From: Bacteroidales bacterium
GTDB lineage: Bacteria; Bacteroidota; Bacteroidia; Bacteroidales; WRLA01
Assembly: GCA_031254805.1 (NCBI GenBank)
Contig: JAIRTP010000049.1
Location: forward strand, 23,361-87,360
Direction: 5' to 3'
DNA: 64,000 bases
Shown: positions 8,735 to 18,908 of the stretch, piece after piece
Layout of the letters: the number at the start of each line of letters is the position of its first letter
Numbering within the stretch: position 1 is the first letter of the stretch
The notes under the pieces: model-generated
Told to the model about the DNA's origin: nothing
Seen by the model: only the letters and a program-made list of their open reading frames with translations
Databases searched by the model: none
Translations under genes and position numbers: made by a program

Positions 8735-9709
8735 ATGAAAAAAATTTTAATCATACGAATGAGTTCTATCGGCGATATCGTGCTAACTACGCCGGTGATT
8801 CGTTGTCTTAAACAGCAAATAAACCATGTAGAGCTGCATTTCTTGATAAAAAAATCTTTTTTACCTGTCATAGAACATAATCCTTATATTTCAAGAATTC
8901 ATGTTTATGACGGCGATTTAAAACAGATTATTCAATCGCTGAAAAATGAAAACTTTGATTTTGTTGTCGACTTACATAAAAACATCCGTTCGCGGCGCAT
9001 TATAAACGCGCTAAAAGTTCCTTTTGCATCGTTTCCGAAATTGAATTTCAAGAAATGGTTATTGGTCAATTATAACATCAATATTTTGCCCGATAGTCAC
9101 ATTATCGATCGTTATTTCAAAGCGGTGCAATCTCTGAGCGTCGTAAACGACGGCGCGGGATTGGATTATTTTATTCCGGATAAAGATGAGATAAAAGCGA
9201 ATGATTTACCGGAAGGCGTTTTCTCAAATTATATTGCTTTAGTCGTTGGTGGAGCGCATTTTACCAAACAAATCCCTGTTTCGAAAGCGGTAGATATTTG
9301 CAATCTCTTTTCCGATCCTGTGATTGTGTGCGGCGGAATGAGCGATTATGAAAAAGCGGTGGAGATCGTTTCGCAAAGTAACGGAACCGTTATCAACGCT
9401 TGCGGAAAATATAATCTTAATCAGTCCGCTTCTTTAATTAAAAATGCCAAAAAAGTGATCACTTCCGATACGGGTTTGATGCATATTGCGGCAGCTTTTC
9501 AAAAGCCGATTTTCTCTTTATGGGGAAATACCGTGCCGGAATTTGGGATGTATCCCTACATGCCGCAACATCCCGAACGTTCCAAGATATTGGAAGTAAA
9601 AAGGCTGCGATGCCGTCCATGCTCCAAAATCGGGTATAAAAAGTGTCCAAGAAAAGACTTTATGTGCATGATGGATATGAAAATTGATAAAGAAACATTC
9701 GAGTTTTAA
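8735..9709 (+). CDS. Glycosyltransferase family 9 (LPS heptosyltransferase-like)
   Basis: 324 aa. The GT9 N-terminus reads KILIIRMSSIGDIVLTTPVIRCLK and the C-terminal segment reads DTGLMHIAAAF. Confidence 0.85.
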   Translation: MKKILIIRMSSIGDIVLTTPVIRCLKQQINHVELHFLIKKSFLPVIEHNPYISRIHVYDGDLKQIIQSLKNENFDFVVDLHKNIRSRRIINALKVPFASFPKLNFKKWLLVNYNINILPDSHIIDRYFKAVQSLSVVNDGAGLDYFIPDKDEIKANDLPEGVFSNYIALVVGGAHFTKQIPVSKAVDICNLFSDPVIVCGGMSDYEKAVEIVSQSNGTVINACGKYNLNQSASLIKNAKKVITSDTGLMHIAAAFQKPIFSLWGNTVPEFGMYPYMPQHPERSKILEVKRLRCRPCSKIGYKKCPRKDFMCMMDMKIDKETFEF

Positions 9710-9720
9710 AACATATATTT

Positions 9721-10488
9721 ATGAAGATATCGGCTGTTATTATTACAGGAAATGAAGAACGCAACATTGGACGATGTTTGGCGTCGTTGCAAGACGTGGC
9801 AGACGACATTGTAGTAGTAGACAGCGGATCAACCGATAAAACAAAAGAGATCAGCGAACAATATCGCACACGGTTTTTTTCTCAAGAATGGTTAGGTTAT
9901 GCGGGACAGAAAAACTATGCAAATTCGTTAGCGGAAAATGATATGATTCTTTCATTAGATGCTGATGAAACTCTTTCCGGCGAACTGAAAGCGTCTATTT
10001 TAGAGATAAAACGTCGCGACGAGCAAGAAAAAGTAGCTTATAGCATAAACCGGTTAAATAATTTTTATGGAAATTGGATACGCCACAGCGGCATATACCC
10101 TGATGTAAAAATTCGACTTTTTAATAGAAAATTTGCCGCATGGAATAATCAAAAAGTTCATGAAACAATTCAATTACAAGAAGATACAAAAATCATATAT
10201 TTGAAAGGATATTTATTGCACTATACTTGTTATACAATCGAAGAATATGTAGCGCAAATCAATAAGTTCAGCTCTTTAGCGGCTGAGGAGTATTATGAGC
10301 AAGGAAAAAAAATATCTTATTTCGGATTGATTGTTAGATATCTTTGGAGATTTAATCGCGATTTTATTTTTCGCGGCGGTTTTCTCGACGGTTTTGCCGG
10401 ATATACGGTATGCAAATTGAACGCATTAGCTACTTTTTTGAAATATACAAAATTAAAAAAATTATACAAAAGTATTTCAAGCAATTGA
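9721..10488 (+). CDS. Glycosyltransferase family 2
   Basis: 255 aa. Matching segments are ISAVIITGNEERNIGRCLASL and VVVDSGSTDKT, with a DADE (DxD-type) motif. Confidence 0.85.
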   Translation: MKISAVIITGNEERNIGRCLASLQDVADDIVVVDSGSTDKTKEISEQYRTRFFSQEWLGYAGQKNYANSLAENDMILSLDADETLSGELKASILEIKRRDEQEKVAYSINRLNNFYGNWIRHSGIYPDVKIRLFNRKFAAWNNQKVHETIQLQEDTKIIYLKGYLLHYTCYTIEEYVAQINKFSSLAAEEYYEQGKKISYFGLIVRYLWRFNRDFIFRGGFLDGFAGYTVCKLNALATFLKYTKLKKLYKSISSN

Positions 10489-10509
10489 ATACATACATGT
10501 TAAGTAATA

Positions 10510-11643
10510 ATGAATATGCTAAGGATAGGTTATGATGCAAAACGGGCTTTTAATAATTCCTCTGGATTGGGGAACTACAGTCGCGCAATGATTCATATTT
10601 TATCAGAGTATTATCCTAATAATGAATATATTCTATATACACCTAAAGAGCAAGAGAAATTTGCCCGCCAATTTGAAGATATCGCTAATATCCGCGTTCA
10701 GAGTCCTAATTTCTTTTGGAAAACGGTTCCTTCTCTGTGGAGGCGTTATTATTTGACAAAAATCACGGCTAAAAAAGTGGATATTTTTCATGGATTAAGT
10801 CACGAATTACCTATTGGAATTGAAAAAACCAATGTTAAAACGATTGTTACCATACATGATCTTATTGCTTGGAGACATCCTGAATATTTTAAATGGATTG
10901 ATAGCAAAATCTATCGAAAGAAGCAAAAGCATGCCTGCGAAATAGCCGATGTCGTCATCGCTATTAGCCAACAAACTAAACAGGATATTATTGAAATACT
11001 GAAAGTTGATCCGCAAAAAATTCGCGTGGTTTATCAGCCTTGCGACACGATGTTTTATAAAAGCGTTACCGAAGAGGGGGAAAAAATGTGCGCGGAAAAA
11101 TATCTCCTTCCCGAACGTTATATTTTATCGGTGGGAACGATCGAAACGCGCAAAAACTTAATGACGACGTTGCGTGCGATGCAATTTATTCCTGAAGATA
11201 TTTGTTTAGTCGCAATCGGAAGAAAAACGGAATATGCAAATACCGTCGCAGCCGAAGCTAAAAAAATGAATCTTTCCGGACGATTACGATTCATTGATAA
11301 CGCCGATTTTTCCGATTTCCCCGCTATTTATTCAGGAGCGCTTGCGTTCGTATATCCTTCTTTCTACGAAGGTTTTGGGATTCCTATTCTCGAAGCAATG
11401 AATTGCGGCGTTCCCGTGATTACTTCCAATGTTACGTCGTTGCCCGAAGTAGGCGGCAAAGCGGCGTTGTATATCCATCCTGACGATTATAAAACCCTCG
11501 GCGAACATATTAATAATATTCTAAACGATAAAAAATTAAGAATCGAGATGATTCGCGCAGGACGCTTACAAGCCGCCGAATTTTCCGAACAAAAAATAGC
11601 GGACGCTCTTTGGAGTATTTATCGGGAAGTATGCGCTAATTGA
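10510..11643 (+). CDS. Glycosyltransferase family 4 (GT-B, Glycos_transf_1)
   Basis: 377 aa. The C-terminal signature reads PSFYEGFGIPILEAMNCGVPVITSNVTSLPEVGG. Confidence 0.85.
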   Translation: MNMLRIGYDAKRAFNNSSGLGNYSRAMIHILSEYYPNNEYILYTPKEQEKFARQFEDIANIRVQSPNFFWKTVPSLWRRYYLTKITAKKVDIFHGLSHELPIGIEKTNVKTIVTIHDLIAWRHPEYFKWIDSKIYRKKQKHACEIADVVIAISQQTKQDIIEILKVDPQKIRVVYQPCDTMFYKSVTEEGEKMCAEKYLLPERYILSVGTIETRKNLMTTLRAMQFIPEDICLVAIGRKTEYANTVAAEAKKMNLSGRLRFIDNADFSDFPAIYSGALAFVYPSFYEGFGIPILEAMNCGVPVITSNVTSLPEVGGKAALYIHPDDYKTLGEHINNILNDKKLRIEMIRAGRLQAAEFSEQKIADALWSIYREVCAN

Positions 11644-11655
11644 TAAACACAAGCG

Positions 11656-12474
11656 TCATATTTTGATAAAGAAATTTTGTTTGCTCTTTCTTATTACCGG
11701 AAATTGAAAAAAATTAAACGTCGATAACGAAGCGATCTCTTCTTCCAAATTATTATTTTGTAAATGCGCATTTACAAAAAAGTTGGAAATGGCATGATCC
11801 CATTCTTCTTTATTTCCCCAATAATGCCCGACAAAATCTTCGGCCGGCAACAGCGAATACGTTGCGTCTAAAGCCACAGAAAGGGCAAATTGCTCTATCA
11901 ACCGCGGACGAACTTGTTGCGCGCACATATCGTCGCAAATGTTTAAAGCCAATTCGATGGCTTCTTGTTGCTTTTCTTTTGGCAAAGCGACCACGCCCGC
12001 ATTCCACATGGCGTGATTTTTGGTAATTGTCGTTCCTCCGAATGTTTTATTGCGTACTTGCCGCCACATGATCCGCTCCGTCTTAGAGTTGCAACGTCGT
12101 AACAAATTCTCTTTTTTATGCATAAAAGCTTTTCTTTCGGATAACGACTGTTCCAAAAATTCAGCGTTTTTATATAAAAACGTATCGGAGTCTAAATACA
12201 TGAACGGTTTTTCTTGATTACGCCGGCTGCAATCTTCAATGATCTTGATTTTCACTCTCCAAAAAAACTTATATTTTCCTTCCCATTCCCGCAATTGATC
12301 TTCGTCGATCAAACACAGAGTAACTCTTTTCCCTAAAATATTATAAAATTCAGGAGCGTCGGTATATATATAAATATTCTCAATATGAGCTTTAGTAAGA
12401 AATGATAAAATGGAGAAAATCGCTTCATAATGATACGCTATCTTTTTCCCGAAAATCATATATAACAGATCCAT
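11656..12474 (-). CDS. Hypothetical protein, possible GT-A fold glycosyltransferase (DxD motif)
   Basis: The ORF is open from 12546. A -7 box at 12535..12542 argues for the ATG at 12474 (MDLLYMIFGKK). It contains YLDSDTFLY and MWNAGVVAL, which are reminiscent of nucleotide-sugar transferases. The family was not recognised with certainty. Confidence 0.4.
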   Translation of the reverse strand: MDLLYMIFGKKIAYHYEAIFSILSFLTKAHIENIYIYTDAPEFYNILGKRVTLCLIDEDQLREWEGKYKFFWRVKIKIIEDCSRRNQEKPFMYLDSDTFLYKNAEFLEQSLSERKAFMHKKENLLRRCNSKTERIMWRQVRNKTFGGTTITKNHAMWNAGVVALPKEKQQEAIELALNICDDMCAQQVRPRLIEQFALSVALDATYSLLPAEDFVGHYWGNKEEWDHAISNFFVNAHLQNNNLEEEIASLSTFNFFQFPVIRKSKQNFFIKI

Positions 12475-12534
12475 TGTTTTAATTTTTTTAAGCCGACTTT
12501 TTATTTTACAGAGAACCAAATTGATTTGATTCTG

Positions 12535-12542
12535 CAAAGCTA
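12535..12542 (-). promoter_or_regulatory. Bacteroidota -7 promoter box (TAGCTTTG on the minus strand)
   Basis: The plus strand reads CAAAGCTA. It is divergent from the 12566 box. Confidence 0.4.
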
Positions 12543-12565
12543 ACAATATTTGGCGAAATAATTAA

Positions 12566-12573
12566 TACCTTTG
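12566..12573 (+). promoter_or_regulatory. Bacteroidota -7 promoter box (TACCTTTG)
   Basis: Exact TAnnTTTG match 54 nt upstream of the 12627 ATG. Confidence 0.45.
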
Positions 12574-12626
12574 CAATTAGGTTCATTTTTTTTAACTAAT
12601 CTGATTTTTCAATATTAAATTGATTT

Positions 12627-14432
12627 ATGCAAGCAATCATTTTGGCGGCCGGAATGGGAAAAAGACTTGGGGATTTGACCAAGCGCAATACTAAAAGTAT
12701 GATAAAAGTGAACGACGTTACGTTGATCGAACGAATGTTAGAGCAAATTACCCGTTTTGGTATCGACAACATTACGATGGTCATCGGCTACAAAGCGCAA
12801 GAATTGAAAGATTTTATTGCAACGCTGCCCGGAAATTATAAGATTAATTATATCGAAAATCCAATTTACGACACGACCAACAATATTTATTCGCTCTATT
12901 TAGCAAAAGATATTTTGTTGCGGGACGATACTTTATTGTTTGAATCGGATTTGATTTTTGAGGACAACCTTATTGCAGCTATTTTGAAAAATCCATATCC
13001 TAATTTAGCATTGGTCGCAAAATTTGAGAGTTGGATGGACGGCACGGTAGTAACGTTGGACGAATCATGCAATATTACCCAGTTTATTACGAAAGATTTC
13101 TTTGTTTTTGAAGACATTCCGCATTATTTTAAAACGGTCAATATTTATAAATTTTCTAAGGATTTTTCAAATAGCCGGTACGTTCCCTTTTTGGAAGCTT
13201 ACAGCAAAGCGTTGGGAAGAAATGAATATTATGAACAGGTGTTGAAAGTGATCGCTCTGCTTGACAAGCCGGATATTAAAGCGTTGGATATTGGAAAAAC
13301 GAGTTGGTACGAAATCGACGATATTCAAGATTTGGAAATTGCCGAATCGATTTTTGCAGACAACGAAACAAAGCTCAAAAAAATTCAGCAACGATACGGA
13401 GGATATTGGCGTTATCCGGCTTTGAAAGATTTTTGTTATTTAGTCAATCCGTATTTTCCGAACAAAAAATTGTTGGCGGAACTGAAAGCTAATTTTGACC
13501 GTTTGATTGTTGAATATCCTTCGGGATTAGCTGTGAATAATCTTTTGGCAGCGAAATATTTTTGGATCAATCCGAAGCATATCTGCGTAGGCAACGGGGC
13601 GGCCGAATTGATTAAAAGCTTAATGGAAAAATTGGATGGAAAAATTGGGATCACGTATCCTACATTTGAGGAATATCCGAATCGATTGAAAAAAGATAGA
13701 ATAGTTTCATTTATTCCTGAGAATGCCGATTTTTCTTATGGCGTTGACGATCTGACCAATTTCTTCGGTAATACCGGCATATCGACTTTATTATTGATCA
13801 ATCCGGACAATCCATCGGGAAATTATTTGCCATTCGACGATGTATTGACGTTGTGCGAATGGAGCGAGAAGAGAGATATAACTTTGATTGTAGACGAGTC
13901 GTTTGTTGATTTTACAAAAGGAACGTCGAACAACTCTTTATTACAAAATGCCGTTTTGGAACGATTCCAACATCTTGTCGTTGTCAAATCAATTTCCAAA
14001 TCTTATGGCGTTCCCGGTTTGCGATTAGGAATCATCGCAAGCGGCAACGATCAGATTATGAATAAAATAAAGAAAGATATCGCCATTTGGAATATTAATT
14101 CATTCGCAGAATTCTATTTGCAAATCTACGGCAAATATGAAACAAATTATCAGGACGCTTGTCGTAAATTTGTCGCCGAACGTCAACGATTTTTCGGACG
14201 GCTCAAACAAATACCATTTCTTCGCGTAATTCCGTCAAACGCCAATTATTTCCTTTGCGAAGTTATGCATGGAAAAACGGCTAAATGGGTAACATTGGAA
14301 CTTTTACAACGAAATATTCTCATCAAAGATTGTTCCGACAAAAAAGGGTTCGAGAGCAAGGAGTATATTCGAATCGCAATCAGGAATGAGGAAGATAATA
14401 ATTATTTAATTCATAAGCTTCTTCAATTATGA
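12627..14432 (+). CDS. Bifunctional nucleotidyltransferase (LicC/sugar-phosphate NTP-transferase-like) fused to a HisC/CobD-type PLP-dependent aminotransferase or decarboxylase
   Basis: 601 aa. The N-terminus MQAIILAAGMGKRLG is the nucleotidyltransferase signature. The C-terminal half carries NPDNPSGN, VDESFVDF and SISKSYGVPGLRLG, which includes the PLP lysine context of class I/II aminotransferases. Confidence 0.8.
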   Translation: MQAIILAAGMGKRLGDLTKRNTKSMIKVNDVTLIERMLEQITRFGIDNITMVIGYKAQELKDFIATLPGNYKINYIENPIYDTTNNIYSLYLAKDILLRDDTLLFESDLIFEDNLIAAILKNPYPNLALVAKFESWMDGTVVTLDESCNITQFITKDFFVFEDIPHYFKTVNIYKFSKDFSNSRYVPFLEAYSKALGRNEYYEQVLKVIALLDKPDIKALDIGKTSWYEIDDIQDLEIAESIFADNETKLKKIQQRYGGYWRYPALKDFCYLVNPYFPNKKLLAELKANFDRLIVEYPSGLAVNNLLAAKYFWINPKHICVGNGAAELIKSLMEKLDGKIGITYPTFEEYPNRLKKDRIVSFIPENADFSYGVDDLTNFFGNTGISTLLLINPDNPSGNYLPFDDVLTLCEWSEKRDITLIVDESFVDFTKGTSNNSLLQNAVLERFQHLVVVKSISKSYGVPGLRLGIIASGNDQIMNKIKKDIAIWNINSFAEFYLQIYGKYETNYQDACRKFVAERQRFFGRLKQIPFLRVIPSNANYFLCEVMHGKTAKWVTLELLQRNILIKDCSDKKGFESKEYIRIAIRNEEDNNYLIHKLLQL

Positions 14433-15373
14433 AAGTAATAAATTTTAACGATATACGAAATCTCAACATAACGCCTTTGCAGTGCGTCAAATGGGTTAGA
14501 GAGACTTTTATGATGCAGCATAAAAGCAAATTACCGGAAAAGATCAGTATGAAAATGGATCATAATATCTTTTTCAATACGATGCCTTGCATCATTTCTC
14601 CGATAAATCGACTGGGAGTGAAATTGGTTTCGCGATATCCGGAGCGGACGCCCGCGCTGTTGTCTGAGTTGTTGCTTTATGAAGCTTCGTCGGGAGATCC
14701 GTTAGCGATTATGGATGCCGAATGGATTACGGCTATGCGTACGGGAGCCGTAGCTGCGCTCGCTATAAAGACTTTACAAAAATCGACAGCGCATAATTAT
14801 GCCTTTATGGGATTAGGCAATACGGCGCGAGCCACTTTATTATGCCTGCAAAGCTTGTTGGAAAACAAAAAAATCACAGTAAAAGTGCTGTCTTATAAAG
14901 ACCATGCGGAAAATTTCAGAAAACGTTTCGAAACGTTTGATAACATTGAATTTATCATAGTCGATTCAAAAGAAGACTTTATCAACGGCTCTGATGTGAT
15001 TGTTTCCTGCGTAACGGCAGCGGATGATTTAATTGGAAAAGATGAATGGTTTGAAGAGGGCGTTTTGGTTGTTCCTGTTCATACGAGGGGATTTCAGAAT
15101 TGCGATCTCTTTTTCGATAAGATTTTCGTCGATGATACGGATCATGTAAGAGGTTTTAAAAATTTCTCAAAATTCAGGCATTGCGACGAATTTGCCAACG
15201 TATTGCGTCGCTTGTCTGTAGGAAGAACGAATGATAAAGAACGGATTTTAGCTTATAATATAGGCATTGCATTACATGATATCTATTTTGCTTCCAAAAT
15301 TTACGAGATGCTGAAAGATAGAAATTTTATAGAAATTCTCGGCGAAAAGGAATTAGATAAATTTTGGGTTTAA
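14429..15373 (+). CDS. Ornithine cyclodeaminase/mu-crystallin family NAD(P)-dependent enzyme
   Basis: 314 aa. It contains TAMRTGAVAALAIKTL and a Rossmann-type MGLGNTARA segment. Its ATG overlaps the upstream stop (ATGA). Confidence 0.7.
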   Translation: MKVINFNDIRNLNITPLQCVKWVRETFMMQHKSKLPEKISMKMDHNIFFNTMPCIISPINRLGVKLVSRYPERTPALLSELLLYEASSGDPLAIMDAEWITAMRTGAVAALAIKTLQKSTAHNYAFMGLGNTARATLLCLQSLLENKKITVKVLSYKDHAENFRKRFETFDNIEFIIVDSKEDFINGSDVIVSCVTAADDLIGKDEWFEEGVLVVPVHTRGFQNCDLFFDKIFVDDTDHVRGFKNFSKFRHCDEFANVLRRLSVGRTNDKERILAYNIGIALHDIYFASKIYEMLKDRNFIEILGEKELDKFWV

Positions 15374-15393
15374 GATTATTGTATAAATTGCTG

Positions 15394-16197
15394 ATGAAAA
15401 AGCGCGACAATTTAAATACGGACAAATTTAACGAATTGAGAAAAGCGCAATTACGCATATTGGAAATTTTGGAAATTGTCGACAAAATTTGTAAAAAACA
15501 TAACATCCCTTATTGGCTCGGATACGGCACTTTGTTGGGAGCGGTGCGTCACGGCGGTTTTATTCCTTGGGATGATGATTTGGACATCGCCTTATTACGA
15601 AAAGATTATAAAAAACTTTTAAAAATATTACCGCAAGAACTTCCGGCTTATTTATCGCTTCAACAACCCGGAGAACGATATTATGATCTCGCATTTGCAA
15701 AGATCAGGGATAATCGTTCAGAAGTAACGGAAAGTCATAATCGCGATAAAAATTACCTCCAAAAGGGATTATTTATAGATATTTTTCCTTTAGAACCTGC
15801 TTATTATCCTTTGAAAAAATTTGCGCGGTTTTTTTTCGAAAAATCGTATCGACACATCCGGCGCCGTCGGATTTTTCAATCGCCAATATTATTCCTTAAA
15901 TCTATTTTCTACTATCTCATTTGGCCCCTTGGAGCCGCTTTAGTGTTATTCTCTAAATTTATAGCCTTGGTTGGGCAGGCGTCTACTTTAGTGCACGGTT
16001 ATGTGATCAAAGATTCGGCCATACAAGATATTGAGACTATTTTTCCTCTGACAGAAGTTACTTTTGAAGGAAAGAAATTTCCCGCTCCGGGAAATTACAA
16101 CCGCTATCTGCGCACATTATATGGCGATTACATGAAGTTGCCGCCCGAACATGAACGCAAAACGCACTTTGAAGGAAATATCAAGTTTTACGATTAA
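15394..16197 (+). CDS. LicD-family phosphotransferase
   Basis: It contains the LicD core YWLGYGTLLGAVRHGGFIPWDDDLDIAL, and later LFIDIFPLE. I chose the ATG at 15394; the ORF-track TTG at 15364 overlaps the previous gene. Confidence 0.8.
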   Translation: MKKRDNLNTDKFNELRKAQLRILEILEIVDKICKKHNIPYWLGYGTLLGAVRHGGFIPWDDDLDIALLRKDYKKLLKILPQELPAYLSLQQPGERYYDLAFAKIRDNRSEVTESHNRDKNYLQKGLFIDIFPLEPAYYPLKKFARFFFEKSYRHIRRRRIFQSPILFLKSIFYYLIWPLGAALVLFSKFIALVGQASTLVHGYVIKDSAIQDIETIFPLTEVTFEGKKFPAPGNYNRYLRTLYGDYMKLPPEHERKTHFEGNIKFYD

Positions 16198-16207
16198 TTC
16201 AAAGGAT

Positions 16208-17791
16208 TCATTCTAAATCCGAAGCGGCGTTATCAGGCGAATACAAAAACAGAAAAAAACAATTAAAGAATGCAAAAAACGTAACCCCGGCTTGCGTTTC
16301 CAACGTATCTTCCGCTAACATGGACATGGCGATCGTAATGAAAAAAGTCGCGTAAAGGAAATACGAGAATCTTTTCGTTTTAACGCCCGGATAAACAAGC
16401 GTAAATAAGAACCATAAAAATCCGAATATTCCAAAAGCTGAAAACATACTAATATATTGATTATGAACGCGATAAAATACTTGCATATTTTGTGGTAACG
16501 TCGATTCAACGGCGGTATAAGCAAATCTCTGAGCATCGCCGACGTCTCCCGTTCCGACTCCAAAAAGAAAATTATTTTTTATTGTATACCATGCCGCTCT
16601 CCATAATTCAAAGCGTTGAACCACAGAGCTATATGCTATTTGATTGCAACATTGCCAAACATGAAATTCCCAAACGATTACACGTATCCTGTTTTTGACG
16701 CTTGAATGTTCCGCATAATAATGATTGGCTATACCGTTTTCAATATTTCGAATATCTTGATCGGATAATGCGGCAATGCCTTCAGCATCTTTTCGCACTC
16801 CTTTTCCGGTCAAATAGCGGATAAGCGTTGCTTTTAATTCATGCCCCTTCAAATCTTGTCCGTCAAAAGAAAGTTCGCTCCGTGTTTCCCACGCCTCTTT
16901 CATCTCCGGTTCAGAAATATAAATCTCAACCCAATAGCCGTTTTCTAACCGTCCGGAGGAGGTATTATGTTGATATGGATTCCCTCTCGAAGTAGTTTTA
17001 TCTAAAACGATAAGTTCTTTGCTCTCCTTCGGGACGGCGGTGTCTTTATAGATATTATAAACATAGAAAAATATAGCCGAACAAGCGATTAAAATAGCGC
17101 CGATAACGACATATTTCAATCTTTTGTTTTTGGTGAAAAAGATCACTTTTAAAGCATAAAATCCAATAATAAAAAGAAGAATGAGCAACGCCGTCATTGC
17201 CTGTAATCTGATCAAAAATAGACCAAAAATCAGGATCAGAATAATATAAGGCGTCTTTTTCTTGAGAGGAAAACTTTTCATCAACCACATAGAAGCCATG
17301 ATCGCTGTGACGATATTCAAACCGAACCGTATATGAGAATTAAACCAAACTATCTGGCGAATATCTCCCATCTCTCTGAAAAACAAATAATAAAGAGCAA
17401 AACATACGCCTAACAAATTAGACAAAAGATAAATATGCAACATCGCTTTTATCTCTTTGGAAGAGAGCGGCGGAATTGTTGCAAATATTACGGGAAATAT
17501 AAATAACGGCGCTTTAATACGAAGATCATGAAATCCGTAATCAAAGTTTTTTGTCCATAACAAGCCAATAACGTGTAAGAGATAAAGCGAAAGCAACGTC
17601 AGCGCCGCTTTATTTTTAAAAAGCGACTTCAGCCTTTGTGCAAGGTCCTTATTAAGGATAACGTCGACAATCCATACGGCGGCTAACAAAAATTCGCCGA
17701 TGCTGGTCAAAAACTTTGACAAAGGCAAACCTGCCAATAACGCCGCAATGGCAAGAAGATAACCGTATCTTAATATGCATGTTTTATTCAT
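16208..17791 (-). CDS. O-antigen ligase (Wzy_C)-like polytopic membrane protein
   Basis: 527 aa with about 10 or more hydrophobic segments. A large soluble loop is followed by GVGTGD...RVHNQYISMFSAFGIFGF, which is typical of O-antigen ligase/polymerase family proteins. Confidence 0.7.
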   Translation of the reverse strand: MNKTCILRYGYLLAIAALLAGLPLSKFLTSIGEFLLAAVWIVDVILNKDLAQRLKSLFKNKAALTLLSLYLLHVIGLLWTKNFDYGFHDLRIKAPLFIFPVIFATIPPLSSKEIKAMLHIYLLSNLLGVCFALYYLFFREMGDIRQIVWFNSHIRFGLNIVTAIMASMWLMKSFPLKKKTPYIILILIFGLFLIRLQAMTALLILLFIIGFYALKVIFFTKNKRLKYVVIGAILIACSAIFFYVYNIYKDTAVPKESKELIVLDKTTSRGNPYQHNTSSGRLENGYWVEIYISEPEMKEAWETRSELSFDGQDLKGHELKATLIRYLTGKGVRKDAEGIAALSDQDIRNIENGIANHYYAEHSSVKNRIRVIVWEFHVWQCCNQIAYSSVVQRFELWRAAWYTIKNNFLFGVGTGDVGDAQRFAYTAVESTLPQNMQVFYRVHNQYISMFSAFGIFGFLWFLFTLVYPGVKTKRFSYFLYATFFITIAMSMLAEDTLETQAGVTFFAFFNCFFLFLYSPDNAASDLE

Positions 17792-17820
17792 AAATATGTT
17801 TTGCTAAGAGATTAAACGAA

Positions 17821-18888
17821 TCAATCAAATTTCATCCTCTTAAAAGAGAGCGCTCTGATCAACCAATTCGGCAAAGGCTTTTTAGGATCTCTTTTTCTCA
17901 AATCGATAGCGATATTGGGCTTTTTCATAATCGGAACCTTATGCGTTTCGACAAACTCGATCAACGTTCCATCCGGATCTTCCAAATATCCCCAACCGCC
18001 GTTGGCGTCTCCCATATCAAAAGTTTCGGAACTTCGTACGCTAAAAGGAAATCCGCCTTCCGCACACTCTTTCATCAATGCGTCCATGTGAACGATGTCG
18101 AAACAGATATGAATAAATCCGATATCCCCCCAATATCTGTCGGTAAAAATCTTCTTGGGTTGATAATCGTCAACCGCTTGAATAAGCTCGATTTGGCTGC
18201 TTTGGAACAAGCGGCTAAATCCTCCGCTACGCTGTTCGGAATGAGTCAATAAAATGCGGCGAAATTTTCCTTTTCCATTAGGTAGCGTCGACAGATCTTC
18301 AAAAATCCCTGTTTCGTCGAAAAGAACTCTATCATAGCCAAGAATATCGGAATATAACTTTCTTGCTCTATCTATGTCGGAAACGCCGATTGTACAGCCA
18401 AAAATGCCTCCGACATCAGACTTCCCATTCAGAAACCAATCCGTCGTCTCTTTTATCTGTAAAATATTGTTCCATGGATCCTTTATATAAAAACATTTTT
18501 TACCGTCGGGTTCGATTGCAATTTCCGAGATAACTTCTGCTTCGTTATTTTTAAATCGTTTAAAACTTCGTTGAATATCTCTCGACTTTACCTTCGCTAT
18601 AAATATTCCAAAATCGCCCAAATTGATTTGCTCCTTTGGGAAAGAGGGATTCCGGTCAAGGTATTGCCATAATTCGTATCCGCTTCCTCCTTGCAAATTA
18701 ACAGCGAGGATCGCTCTTTTCTTGTGCGGTTTTCCTCCCATATACGGAGACATATAAGTAGCGACGTTGTCGTCGTCGAAAACGCTGACATCCGCTCTTA
18801 AAAGAGTTCCGTACCACTTAAAAGATTTCATAACGTCGTCGACGCCGACGCCTATTTGTTGAATTCCGTTGATCTGTTTTTTTTGCAT
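17821..18888 (-). CDS. VOC (glyoxalase/bleomycin-resistance/dioxygenase) family protein, two-domain
   Basis: 355 aa. Two repeats of the beta-alpha-beta-beta-beta type are visible (INGIQQIGVGVDD... and IFGCTIGVSDIDRARKLYSDILG...). Assignment is by motif recall only. Confidence 0.6.
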   Translation of the reverse strand: MQKKQINGIQQIGVGVDDVMKSFKWYGTLLRADVSVFDDDNVATYMSPYMGGKPHKKRAILAVNLQGGSGYELWQYLDRNPSFPKEQINLGDFGIFIAKVKSRDIQRSFKRFKNNEAEVISEIAIEPDGKKCFYIKDPWNNILQIKETTDWFLNGKSDVGGIFGCTIGVSDIDRARKLYSDILGYDRVLFDETGIFEDLSTLPNGKGKFRRILLTHSEQRSGGFSRLFQSSQIELIQAVDDYQPKKIFTDRYWGDIGFIHICFDIVHMDALMKECAEGGFPFSVRSSETFDMGDANGGWGYLEDPDGTLIEFVETHKVPIMKKPNIAIDLRKRDPKKPLPNWLIRALSFKRMKFD

Positions 18889-18908
18889 CTCTTTCAGGGT
18901 AGTTTATG

